Source: Candidatus Latescibacterota bacterium
GTDB taxonomy: Bacteria; Latescibacterota; UBA2968; UBA8231
Length of the DNA stretch: 64,000 nt
NCBI GenBank assembly: GCA_965242865.1
Contig: CBDETK010000013.1
Span: 128,001-192,000 of the forward strand
Direction: 5' to 3'
Shown: in pieces, positions 28,472 through 37,845 of the stretch
How the letters are laid out: the number at the start of each line of letters is the position of its first letter
Position numbering within the stretch: position 1 is the stretch's first letter
Notes under the pieces: generated by a model
What the model was told of the DNA's origin: nothing
The model's input: the letters and a program-made list of their open reading frames with translations, nothing else
Database searches by the model: none
Program-made: the position numbers and the translations under genes

Positions 28472-29586
28472 TGCTTAGCAATATCAAGCTGATGCACTTC
28501 AAGTGCTTTGAGCAGTTGGATCTAAATTGCAAACAGCTCAATCTCCTCTGCGGTTTGAATGGGATGGGTAAGAGCAGCGTCATCCAAGCGTTGCTTATGC
28601 TCCGGCAATCGTCCGAAACAGGAGAATTGTCCGCCGGTAGGCTGGCCTTGAACGGCGAGCGAGGCGCTGTGGGTACAGGCGAGGATGTACTGTTTGAAGA
28701 CGCCGAGCGCGATGTGTTGGGATTCATGCTTGAGAGCAACAAAATAACAAGACCATGGAAAATGGAATTCGACTGCAGTAGAGAGGCTGATGTTCTATCG
28801 TCCAGCAAGGCTAAGGACGATAGATATAGCGAATGGCGTGATGTACCACCGTTTGGAGGAAAGCTCGTTTACGTGAATGCAGAACGGGTCGGCCCCCGGA
28901 AGTTGTACCCAGTCTCCACCGACGTGTTGACTAGGCGCGGAGATTTCGGTGAAAGCGACGAGTACGCGTGGGGCTATCTAAACCGCCATCAAAACGACCT
29001 TCTACAAGCCGACGACCCGCGTTGCATTGGCAGAGGAGAGCGTCCGCTATTCACCATTGTTGAGCAGTGGATGCAGGACGTGTGCCCCGGTGTTAATCTA
29101 CGACTGGAAGAGATGAGGGAGGTTGACGCGGTCATTGCCGGATTTAGGTTCGACCGAGAGGACGATGTGGCTTCCCACTGGTATCGGGCGACCAATGTCG
29201 GGTTTGGTCTATCGTACGCGCTGCCGGTCATCCTCGCCCTGCTTGCAAAGCCCGGCACACTATGCCTGATCGAAAACCCAGAAGCTCACCTACATCCTCG
29301 AGGCCAGACCAAGCTAGCCGAATTGGCAGCCCGTGCGTCGAAGGCCGGCGTTCAAGTGATTGCTGAGACCCATAGCGATCACTTCATGGATGGCGTACGA
29401 ATCGCGGTCCGCGACGGGCTTATCGAACCAGACGCCGCCACATTCCATTACTTTGAGCGCAAAGGCAATCAGACCGTCGTCTCTTCGCCACAGATAGACT
29501 CGGATGGGCGGTTGTCGTCGTGGCCGATCGGCTTCTTTGACCAGCACGACGAGAATCTGGCAAGGCTACTTGCACCAAAGGAATGA
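28471..29586 (+). CDS. AAA_15/21 ABC-like ATPase with DUF3696; Menshen NsnB-like
   Basis: Walker A 'GLNGMGKS', 'NVGFGLSY.LP', 'IENPEAHLHP', 'ETHSDH', 'WPIGFFDQ'. Confidence 0.9.
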   Translation: MLSNIKLMHFKCFEQLDLNCKQLNLLCGLNGMGKSSVIQALLMLRQSSETGELSAGRLALNGERGAVGTGEDVLFEDAERDVLGFMLESNKITRPWKMEFDCSREADVLSSSKAKDDRYSEWRDVPPFGGKLVYVNAERVGPRKLYPVSTDVLTRRGDFGESDEYAWGYLNRHQNDLLQADDPRCIGRGERPLFTIVEQWMQDVCPGVNLRLEEMREVDAVIAGFRFDREDDVASHWYRATNVGFGLSYALPVILALLAKPGTLCLIENPEAHLHPRGQTKLAELAARASKAGVQVIAETHSDHFMDGVRIAVRDGLIEPDAATFHYFERKGNQTVVSSPQIDSDGRLSSWPIGFFDQHDENLARLLAPKE

Positions 29587-29587
29587 T

Positions 29588-30538
29588 ATGCGCGAGTTCG
29601 TACTGAATGAAGCTAGTATTACAGCCCCCGATCAGCGTACTGCGATAGATTGGCTCGCAGATATCGCCAAAGGGATGTCGTCACTCATTGTTGAGCAAGT
29701 CGTTCAGAACACGTTACGAACGAGCCCCCCTCCACAGGAGATACATTATCGAGACAATAGCTCGCTCTCGGAGGTAATTCTTGCACTGAGACAATGCGGT
29801 TTAGTGGACGAGCATCGGTTCCTCATGCGTAGTAGCGTTAAGTCCCCTCTGATAAACGAACTTGAACAAAGTGTCAAGGATCGGTTCCTCGCGTGTGGAG
29901 GACGGACGTTTCCATCGCCAGTAGGCGATTCCCTCGTCTTATGTGCCATCTCCGATCGGATCGCTGTCAGCTTTCCCTCTGATTCAGTCTGGAACAGCGA
30001 CCTAATTAAGGTTGACTTTTACGAACTGAAGGACGACGAAAGTGGCGAGGTAAGCGAGGAAGAAACGTTTGAAGAAATTGACAATCTCGCCCGCTCCAAT
30101 CACGCGCCTCCAATATGCGAACGCCATCGCCAGAGTCTTCGCGGCCAAATCAAGAGTTATGCAGAATTGTGGAATAACAGAAAACAGGCATTTCCAGATC
30201 TCCTATTCGGGCCGGACGTAGAGGATCATCTTACGGGACTGAATACCGGCCACTTGGAGACTGTCGTTCGCAAGCTAGCGAGTCTCAATGCTGCTGCCGC
30301 CGAGTGGCGCGATGTTGGCGGCGGCGCACCCCAGTGGAAGACCAAAGTGACTGACGAAAACGAGGCGTTGAAGAACAACGCCAGGGAGCGAGAAAAGCGT
30401 CGGTTCAGATCGTGCGATGGTACGCACCCACTGTTCCTGTGGCACACTCGCTTTGGCAGTGCTGGCCGAATCCATCTCCGTTTCGATTCAAGTTCGCGTG
30501 AAATCGAAATTGGCTACATTGGAAAGAAGCTGCTTTAA
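29588..30538 (+). CDS. Putative effector with C-terminal RelE-like nuclease region; Menshen NsnC-like
   Basis: Starts 1 nt after the ATPase stop; C-terminal 'R.FR......F.WHTRFG..GRIHLRF.....IEIGYIGKKL'. Confidence 0.7.
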   Translation: MREFVLNEASITAPDQRTAIDWLADIAKGMSSLIVEQVVQNTLRTSPPPQEIHYRDNSSLSEVILALRQCGLVDEHRFLMRSSVKSPLINELEQSVKDRFLACGGRTFPSPVGDSLVLCAISDRIAVSFPSDSVWNSDLIKVDFYELKDDESGEVSEEETFEEIDNLARSNHAPPICERHRQSLRGQIKSYAELWNNRKQAFPDLLFGPDVEDHLTGLNTGHLETVVRKLASLNAAAAEWRDVGGGAPQWKTKVTDENEALKNNAREREKRRFRSCDGTHPLFLWHTRFGSAGRIHLRFDSSSREIEIGYIGKKLL

Positions 30539-30670
30539 GATTAGCGTCGAGCCGCTTCAAGAGGTGCCCAGTGCCTTCGCATGGAGCGTTTTTCATAAGG
30601 CGAGCCGCTTTTTCTTTATACAAGAACCAAATCCAGAGTTTTGGTCCCACTTCAAGCACTTACCGCTCCC

Positions 30671-30881
30671 CTAATCGATCTTGTGCGGATAACTCCGCTC
30701 CCACCCCGCCGCCCCGAACGCTTTATCGGACCACAGCGAGCCACTCTCCGAAGCATACACCAAGTTGTAATCGTGTGAGGTCTGTACGGAGCGCATGATC
30801 TCGCGCCAGAGCGCGGCGTCCAAGCGCCGGTATTCGGCTGTGTGCGCCGCAGATTCGGCGAGGTTGTGCTGCTCTTGGGGA
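30671..30881 (-). pseudogene. Copy of the sulfatase 3' end (copy 2)
   Basis: Near-identical to 33253-33463 (4 substitutions by my count). Confidence 0.92.
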
Positions 30882-31033
30882 ATTAGTAGGACTGGTCTTT
30901 GTTCTGGACGCGCTTTTCTTTTTCGAAAAGGCCCTGCATGTCTTTTTTCTCAATATTTTCTCAGTATCTTATATTGTAAGGTCATTTTCCCTGCTTCAGA
31001 CGACGAGCTGGACAGAGAACGCAATCAGCAAGA

Positions 31034-31239
31034 GCCCTGCTAAAGGGCGCGACCGAGCTATTCGTCGCCCAAGGACCGCGCGTCCTCCGCTTCGACCTGA
31101 CGGCGCAACGGCCGGCGGACGAGGAGTTGCTCCTGCTTCTATTGGGGCGTTCTGGCAAGATCCGGGCCCCGCGCTCCGCTGGGGGACGCGCCTAGTGGTC
31201 GGGTTCAACCAAGCACTGCCGCCGCTGGCGTTGGGCTGA
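31034..31239 (+). pseudogene. Divergent copy of the 3' half of the ArsC-family gene
   Basis: Aligns with 27053-27259; many third-position changes, a 1-bp deletion, stop TGA instead of TAG. Confidence 0.92.
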
Positions 31240-31316
31240 GTGCTTTCAGCACAGCGGCCCCTATATTCCGGCGTCTTCATCGCCGTTTGCTTGGCCCCTT
31301 AAAGAGAGGATTTGCA

Positions 31317-33380
31317 ATGCTACATCATTCAACATGTACTACAAAAAACTTAATTATCAAACTAATAAAAAATTATGAGGAATGTTCTATTCACGCTGCA
31401 CTGCTTCAGCATTGGGCGAAGATCAACGAAATTCCCTTTTCTAAGTTCAAGCAGACGAATGCAGCCGCTCGTTTTCTAACAGCGTCTCATCTCAGCGAAG
31501 TGGAAAGCATTCGCCGAATACTAAGTCAGTCCATTTTCAAGCTATCTATAAAAGACATAGAGCGCATTTTTGAGGTTCTAATAGATTCTGGCAGACGCAA
31601 ATCTCAAGGAGCTTTCTACACACCTGATTTTATAATCGAATACTTAGTGCGACATGGATTACAGCTAGGCAATCACCGCAGGAAAGAAGCTCCGTTAATT
31701 TGCGATCCCGCTTGTGGGAGTGGTGGATTTCTCATACGGGCAGCAGAGATATTAAAAGACGATATTTCTCCCGATAGAGCATTTGCGGAATGCCTCGTTG
31801 GATTTGACAACGACCCTTGGGCCATTGAGCACGCTCGTTGTCTCATCGAGATCTTTTTGATTCTTCATGGTTTTGAGCTCTCCGGCATCGATTTGCGTCT
31901 CTTCTGCCGCGATACCCTACTTTGTTCTCACGAAAACTTATGGAACTTATCAGGTGCTTACAATGGATTCAATCTAGTTACGACAAACCCTCCATACGTC
32001 AAGCTGCAAAACCTCGACTTTGAATACCGGACGAGACTAGCAAAAAAATTCAATCGTTATGCTAATGGGAATTTCAGTTTAGCCCTTCTTTTTTTAATCG
32101 CTGGGCATAGACTGCTCAGGCCGCAAGGATGCTTGGCCGTGATTACCCAAAACAATCTATATACTTCTTTCGCAGGTAGTGGCGTTAGATTCTACTTACA
32201 GAATCAGCAGTGCATACGGCGGATCGTTGACTTTGGTCATTACAGAGTTTTTAAGCAAGCTAACGCATATACTTGCTTAGTCTTTCTTGGGACCGAGAAG
32301 AAGGCTTGTTTTGAATTTGTTAGAATAGAGGGAGCTTGCGTCGATAGTCTCAGAAACGCAACGTTCTCAGAAATTCTTTTTTCAGACTTGCGGGCCGACA
32401 AATGGCGTCTAGCAAAAAGCAATCACTTAAGGAATCTTGAAATAATTGAATCGACTGGAAAACCTCTTGGGACCATAGCCTCTATCAAGGTTGGATTTGC
32501 AACGCTAAAAGATTCGGTTTTCTTAGTCCGCATAAGGGACGATCAGTACTGTACTGCAAATCCGATGAATCAAGAAACTCACCTAGTAGAAATCGGTCTC
32601 ACTCGTCCCGCCGTTAAAGTTGCAAACCTAAATAGAGCGGAAGACATAGAAAAAAATGACTTGCGAATCATCTTTCCTTATAAAAGGATAGAAGAGAAAT
32701 ACCGTCTAATGTCAGAGGAGGATATAAAGAATCGATTTCCGCAGGGGTATTCCTATCTGCGGAAATACCGCGATTTCTTAGAGAGCCGAGACAAGGGAAA
32801 GAAACGCTACGAAGGATGGTACGCTTGGGGGCGAACGCAAGGAATGGAAGCGAAGGGGCCTAAGCTGCTGACCAAGACATTTAGTAGATTCCCACAGTTT
32901 ATGCTCGACAGGAGCGATCAACTTTTTTGTAATGGCTATTCGGTAACTATAAAAGACGATTCTCTATTTAGGGATAAACTTACCATCGAAGTCCTTGAGA
33001 AAATCACCAACAGCAGGATTATGTATTACTACGCGAAACTGACTAGTTTCCAAATTGAAGGTAATTATCAGTGCTATCAGAAGAACTTTATCGAGCGAAT
33101 CGGTATTGTCAATATGACGGAAAGAGAAATGACAACGTTTATAGAACTGCCGAAACTCGAAGCAGACGAATACTTGGAAGGTCTCTATGGGATCAAAAGT
33201 AAAGAAATTGAGGAGATCTGTGGTTCAGCTTTATCGAGCACTAGCACCGTCACTAATCGATCTTGTGCGGATAACTCCGCTCCCACCCCGCCGCCCCGAA
33301 CGCTTTATCGGACCACAGCGAGCCACTCTCCGAGGCATATACCAAGTTGTAATCGTGTGAGGTCTGTACGGAGCGCATGA
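31317..33380 (+). CDS. N6-adenine DNA methyltransferase (Eco57I/TaqI-like, gamma class), no adjacent endonuclease
   Basis: 'GAFYTP', 'DPACGSGGFL', 'NPPY'; low GC; the last ~42 codons overlap the sulfatase antisense. Confidence 0.88.
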   Translation: MLHHSTCTTKNLIIKLIKNYEECSIHAALLQHWAKINEIPFSKFKQTNAAARFLTASHLSEVESIRRILSQSIFKLSIKDIERIFEVLIDSGRRKSQGAFYTPDFIIEYLVRHGLQLGNHRRKEAPLICDPACGSGGFLIRAAEILKDDISPDRAFAECLVGFDNDPWAIEHARCLIEIFLILHGFELSGIDLRLFCRDTLLCSHENLWNLSGAYNGFNLVTTNPPYVKLQNLDFEYRTRLAKKFNRYANGNFSLALLFLIAGHRLLRPQGCLAVITQNNLYTSFAGSGVRFYLQNQQCIRRIVDFGHYRVFKQANAYTCLVFLGTEKKACFEFVRIEGACVDSLRNATFSEILFSDLRADKWRLAKSNHLRNLEIIESTGKPLGTIASIKVGFATLKDSVFLVRIRDDQYCTANPMNQETHLVEIGLTRPAVKVANLNRAEDIEKNDLRIIFPYKRIEEKYRLMSEEDIKNRFPQGYSYLRKYRDFLESRDKGKKRYEGWYAWGRTQGMEAKGPKLLTKTFSRFPQFMLDRSDQLFCNGYSVTIKDDSLFRDKLTIEVLEKITNSRIMYYYAKLTSFQIEGNYQCYQKNFIERIGIVNMTEREMTTFIELPKLEADEYLEGLYGIKSKEIEEICGSALSSTSTVTNRSCADNSAPTPPPRTLYRTTASHSPRHIPSCNRVRSVRSA

Positions 33381-34719
33381 TCTCGCGCCAGAGCGCGGCG
33401 TCCAAGCGCCGGTATTCGGCTGCGTGCGCCGCGGATTCGGCGAGGTTGTGCTGCTCTTGGGGATCTTCCTGCACATCGAAAAGCCCGGCCGCGCCATTGC
33501 CGTATTTGACCAGCTTGTACCGTCCGTCGTAGGCCATCCAGCCGGACTGCAAGCCGCCGACTAGCAGGTTGCGCGGCGCATCGCCAGCCAAGCCCAAGCC
33601 GGGCAGGGGCCTAGCATCCATGTACTCGGGAACGCCGTGGCCAGACGAGGCGAGCAGGGTGGCGGTGACGTCCGTGAGGCAAACCAAATCGTCGCACACC
33701 GTGCCAGTGGCCCCGCTCGGCTGGCGAACCAGCATGGGCACGTGACAACTGCCTTCGTAGAAGTTGCCCTTGGCATTTACGCCGTGATCGCCCACTAGGT
33801 CGCCGTGGTCTGAGGAAAAAATGACGAGGGTGTTGTCGAGACGACCGCTTTCCTCCAAGGCCGCGAGGATGCGGCCCACTTGGTGGTCTATCTGCAAGAT
33901 GAGGGCCGAATAGTGGGCGCGCACCTTGCGCTTTTGTTCCTCGGTGTAGGGGCCTTGGGTCTCTGGAGTCCATATCGGCACGCCGGGCCGACGCGGCGGA
34001 TGGATGCCCTCGCGGACATCGCGGTGAATGGGGTCGCCCGGGGCGGGCGCGGGAATTTTATCTACATCGACTTGGGCCAAAAACTCTGGCGTGGGGTCGT
34101 ATGGGTCGTGCGGGCCGGGAAAGCCGACCATGCAGGCGAAGGGCCGTTCGTCGTCGTACTCGCGGATGAAGCGAGCCGCCTCCTCGCCGACGAAGTAATC
34201 CCAATAGCAGTCCCAAGGCAGAAGCGACACGCAAGCACCGCGCTGTTCGTCGTAGCCTACGTGCTCCTTGCCCATGTACTTGCGGTGGCCGCGCTGTTGC
34301 AAGTAGTGCCAGTAGTCGTCTTGGATGTTGACCCACACCTTGTCTTCGCAGGCGATGCGGTGTTGGAAGCCAAAAGAGGCGTCCCAAGGGTAGAAGTGCA
34401 TCTTGCCGATGGCCGAGGTGAGGTAGCCGGCGTCGGTCAACATCTCCGCCCAAGTGCGGATGCCGCATGCGGCACGGTCCGGGCGCAGGTAATTGCCGTT
34501 GGTCAGCACGTGGGTGCGCCAAGCGTTGAGGCCGGTAAGCAGGGAACAACGCGCCGGCACACAGACCGGGTGCAAGCTATACGCGCGATCGTAGCGGATG
34601 CCCTCGGCGGCAATGCGGTCGATGTGGGGCGTGGAAATGTGGGGGGCACCGTAACAACTGAGAAAGTCGTGGCGCAGCTGATCGGGCATGATGAACAATA
34701 GGTTGGGTCGGTCGGGCAT
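33253..34719 (-). CDS. Sulfatase (Cys-type formylglycine-dependent)
   Basis: 'LFIMPDQLR', 'CVPARCSLLTG', 'GKMH', 'PHDPY', 'SSDHGD'. Confidence 0.93.
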   Translation of the reverse strand: MPDRPNLLFIMPDQLRHDFLSCYGAPHISTPHIDRIAAEGIRYDRAYSLHPVCVPARCSLLTGLNAWRTHVLTNGNYLRPDRAACGIRTWAEMLTDAGYLTSAIGKMHFYPWDASFGFQHRIACEDKVWVNIQDDYWHYLQQRGHRKYMGKEHVGYDEQRGACVSLLPWDCYWDYFVGEEAARFIREYDDERPFACMVGFPGPHDPYDPTPEFLAQVDVDKIPAPAPGDPIHRDVREGIHPPRRPGVPIWTPETQGPYTEEQKRKVRAHYSALILQIDHQVGRILAALEESGRLDNTLVIFSSDHGDLVGDHGVNAKGNFYEGSCHVPMLVRQPSGATGTVCDDLVCLTDVTATLLASSGHGVPEYMDARPLPGLGLAGDAPRNLLVGGLQSGWMAYDGRYKLVKYGNGAAGLFDVQEDPQEQHNLAESAAHAAEYRRLDAALWREIMRSVQTSHDYNLVYASESGSLWSDKAFGAAGWERSYPHKID

Positions 34720-34768
34720 GGTCTCATTCCGTTGGTTGGGGTGTTTTCGCGGCCTTGGTGCGCTCATA

Positions 34769-36169
34769 CTAATCTCCTCGGCCAAGACCAGCAAGTACCA
34801 GCCGTTTGAACAGGTCGCCGCGCTCGGCGTAACTGGCAAACTGATCGAAGCTGGCGCAGGCCGGCGAAAGCAGCACCACGTCGCCGGTTCGCGCCCAGCG
34901 CCGAGCGAGGGCGAGGGCTTGAGATAGGTCGCGGCAAAAATGGGCGATCTCGCCCGCGCCCGCCCGCTGTATGGCCGCGGCAATGCGGGGGGCCTCTTGG
35001 CCGATCAGCAGCGCGGCGCGCACCCGGCCCGCGGCAATCGCAGTGCCCAAGGCACTGAAGTCGGCCCCTTTTGTCGCGCCGCCCGCAATCAGCAGCAGGG
35101 GCGCGTCAAAGGCGCGCAGGGCCGCACAGGCCGCATCAACCGTCGTGGCCAGTGAGTCGTTGTAATAGGTGACGCCGGCGCACTCGGCCACGTATTCGAG
35201 GCGGTGGGGCAGGCTCGTAAAGGCGCGTAGGGCCTCGGCAAAGCGGGTCGGCGACGCCCCAAAAGCCAAAGCACCGGCGACAGCCGCGGCGGCATTGGTC
35301 CAATTGTGTTGGCCCCGCAGGGGCAAGTCGGCCACCGGACAGAGGGCGGAGGGCTGCGCCCCGGGGCGAGCGGCCCACAACTGGTCGTTGGCAATCCACG
35401 CGCCCGGCGCGCTCGGGGCGGTGGGGCTAAAGCCCCACAGGGCGGCCGAACTCTCGGCGGCAAAGGCCCGGGCCGTGGGGCAATCCCGCTGGACGATGAG
35501 GATGTCGCCGGGCGTTTGGTAGCGGCACACGGGCTTTTTAGCGGCCACGTATTCGGCGAGATCGGCGTGGTAGTCGAGGTGGTCCTCGGCGATGGAGAGC
35601 ACCACGGCGATGTAGGGGCTTTGGTCGAGGTCTTGCAGTTGAAAGCTGGACAGCTCTAGGACCACGCGGTCGGTCGGCTGCACCTCGTCGAGGAAGTCGA
35701 GCGGCGGCCGGCCGATGTTGCCGCCGCTAAACACCCGGATTGCGGGGTCGGTCGCCAAGAGCGCGTGCAGCAGCGCGGTCGTGGTGCCTTTGCCCTTGGT
35801 GCCGGTGACGCCGAGGACGGGCGCGGGGCACAGCTGTAAAAAGAGCCGAGTCTGGCTCGACACTTCGACGCCGCACCCGCGCGCCGCCTGTAGGCGCGGG
35901 TGTAGCGCTGGCAGGCCCGGGGTGCGGAACAGCAGGTCGAAGTCGGTCAGGTCGTCGAGATAGTGCTCGCCAACGCGCCATTGTTGTACGCCCTCCACCG
36001 GCGTGGCCGGGGCGCGTACATCGCACACAGAAAAGGAAATCTGATGCGCGTGGAGAAAGCGGGCTAGGGCGCGGTTTTCCACGCCGAGGCCGAGGAGGGC
36101 AATGCGCCGCTGGTGCAGGGGTTGGACCGCGCTTGACGCTCGGGGGCTTGGAGATTTTTTTAGCATCAT
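34769..36169 (-). CDS. murD: UDP-N-acetylmuramoyl-L-alanine--D-glutamate ligase
   Basis: 'GVTGTKGKGTT', 'GNIG', 'ELSSFQL', 'DHLDYH', 'LLSPACASFDQF...ERG'. Confidence 0.92.
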   Translation of the reverse strand: MMLKKSPSPRASSAVQPLHQRRIALLGLGVENRALARFLHAHQISFSVCDVRAPATPVEGVQQWRVGEHYLDDLTDFDLLFRTPGLPALHPRLQAARGCGVEVSSQTRLFLQLCPAPVLGVTGTKGKGTTTALLHALLATDPAIRVFSGGNIGRPPLDFLDEVQPTDRVVLELSSFQLQDLDQSPYIAVVLSIAEDHLDYHADLAEYVAAKKPVCRYQTPGDILIVQRDCPTARAFAAESSAALWGFSPTAPSAPGAWIANDQLWAARPGAQPSALCPVADLPLRGQHNWTNAAAAVAGALAFGASPTRFAEALRAFTSLPHRLEYVAECAGVTYYNDSLATTVDAACAALRAFDAPLLLIAGGATKGADFSALGTAIAAGRVRAALLIGQEAPRIAAAIQRAGAGEIAHFCRDLSQALALARRWARTGDVVLLSPACASFDQFASYAERGDLFKRLVLAGLGRGD

Positions 36170-36229
36170 TGAAATCGCAATCCGCGCTTTGATTATAACC
36201 AGCGAGAAGGTGCTGTGGCTGTAACAATT

Positions 36230-36592
36230 ATGCGTACGGTGCGGCCTAGTCCGCAATGGCAAGACAGCTTGATCCGGCTAGCGCCCGGCCAACGGGTCGT
36301 GGTGGATGCCGAAGAAACTTGGTCGCCGGACATGCGCAATCAAATCGCTTGGTGCGGCGCCGATGGCGTGTACAACCTGCCCGCAGAATCGGGCTACCTA
36401 TTACCGGGCGCCAATGTCGGCGCCCTCTTGGGCCGCATTGGCGACGCTGGGCCGGTTTTTGCCCTGGGCAGCCGCTGCGACTTTATCGCCGACCGCGCCG
36501 GCATCCTGCATTTGGCCATGAACGAAAACCCGAGCTTCAACAGCCAAGCCGGCAAAATCGTCGCCCAAATCATCGTCTTTAGCGCACCATGA
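36230..36592 (+). CDS. LecA/PA-IL-like lectin domain protein
   Basis: 'WQDS...L.PGQ.V...A..TWS', 'GALLGRIG..GPVF.LG', 'G.LHLAMNE'. Confidence 0.6.
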   Translation: MRTVRPSPQWQDSLIRLAPGQRVVVDAEETWSPDMRNQIAWCGADGVYNLPAESGYLLPGANVGALLGRIGDAGPVFALGSRCDFIADRAGILHLAMNENPSFNSQAGKIVAQIIVFSAP

Positions 36593-37581
36593 GCCTCGCC
36601 CGCAGTGCGATCGCGCCGCTGGCCGAAGGAGTCTGGCGCGTTGAGGACGCGGCCGGCCGCGATGTCGTGGTCAAGCACCAGCTCTTTGGGCGGCTGACCC
36701 GCGGCCGGGCCTACGATCTGCTCGAAGTGGAGCGCGAAGTGCTCGACATCCTGCGCACAGCCAACTGTCCGGTGCCCGCCTGCCTCGGCGTGGACCCAGA
36801 CGCCCAGTGCATCTTCTTGCAATGGGTGGGCGATCGCCTGCTCGACGACGCCATTCAGGACGGCGACCCAGAGCCGACGATGCAGGCCATTCGCGGGTTG
36901 TGCGCCATTGAGCGCGCCTGCGCCCAACGCGCCGACCGGCTAGTCCCCCGGGTCGTGCCGAGCGCCAGCCGCGCGGCCCTTGCCACCGCTTGGGACGAGG
37001 CCGGAGCGCGGGCCTACGCGGGCATGGAGCAGTTGTGCGGCCGGCTCCAGCGGCCTTTGGACGCCGGACTGCGACCGCTGCTCAAAGCCATGCACGGCTG
37101 GCTAGCGGCGCGGCCGGCCGCGCTGGGCAGCGTTGATTACAACGCGCGCAACGCCGTGGTCGAGCCGGGGGGCACGCGCGTTTACTTCCTCGAATTTGCC
37201 AAAATCGGTTGGGACTGGACGGAACGACGCTTGACGCAGTATGTTACTAGTATGGGCAGCGGCCGGCCGGATGGGCGAATGTGCTCGCTGCTAGACGCGC
37301 CGGCCGCGCGGTTGTACGCCGAGGTATCCGGGCGCAGCGACGGAGCGCGGGCACTCGATTATCACCGAATTTTTTTTCTCCTCAATAGCGCGGCCCTGTT
37401 GGGCGCGGCCCTCGATGGCGAGCCGTACGCGCTGGCCCTGCGCCAGCACTGGAAAAGGCCCCGGGCGCGGCTGCGGCAATGCGCGACCATGCTGGCCGAG
37501 GGCCTGAGCACGGACCCGAGCGCGGCCGAGTTCAGAAGCCGGTTGCAGTTTTGTTTATCACCACGCGGAGGTACTCTATGA
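36589..37581 (+). CDS. Kinase-like (APH/ChoK superfamily) protein with degenerate motifs
   Basis: 'VVVKH', 'E.EVL..L....PVP', 'VDYNARN', 'FLEFAKIGWD'. Confidence 0.55.
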   Translation: MSLARSAIAPLAEGVWRVEDAAGRDVVVKHQLFGRLTRGRAYDLLEVEREVLDILRTANCPVPACLGVDPDAQCIFLQWVGDRLLDDAIQDGDPEPTMQAIRGLCAIERACAQRADRLVPRVVPSASRAALATAWDEAGARAYAGMEQLCGRLQRPLDAGLRPLLKAMHGWLAARPAALGSVDYNARNAVVEPGGTRVYFLEFAKIGWDWTERRLTQYVTSMGSGRPDGRMCSLLDAPAARLYAEVSGRSDGARALDYHRIFFLLNSAALLGAALDGEPYALALRQHWKRPRARLRQCATMLAEGLSTDPSAAEFRSRLQFCLSPRGGTL

Positions 37582-37844
37582 GCGAGTGGAACACGCTCGA
37601 TTTCAAGCCCCGGGCCCGGGGCATCATCATCGGCGATATTCCTTGGCTGGCGCGGATAGCCGACAAGGCGCGGGCGCACCAGCAACAGCGCATCGGCGAC
37701 TATGTATTTCCCTGACCGGCCGACCAGCGCTTCCTGGAGGAAGTGGAGTTGACAGCCGGAGCATTTGAGGAGATGGTGGCCGCGTCCGACGACGACGATG
37801 CCCTGATCCAAAAGATGAAAGCGCACTTGGCCAGAAAGCCCTAG
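37578..37844 (+). CDS. DUF5069-like putative selenoprotein (TGA 37713-37715 read as Sec), 88 aa
   Basis: 'PWLARIADKARA....IGDYVFP-TGA-PADQRFLE' matches the family YxxPCPxD motif; RBS ggagg; frame closes 1 nt before the next ATG; hairpin CTTCC-TGGA-GGAAG. Confidence 0.78.
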
Positions 37845-37845
37845 C

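Noticed and set aside
26744-33354. Integron or tRNA-targeted genomic island
   Set aside because: No tyrosine/serine recombinase, no attC-like palindromes and no tRNA; the repeats are coding gene ends
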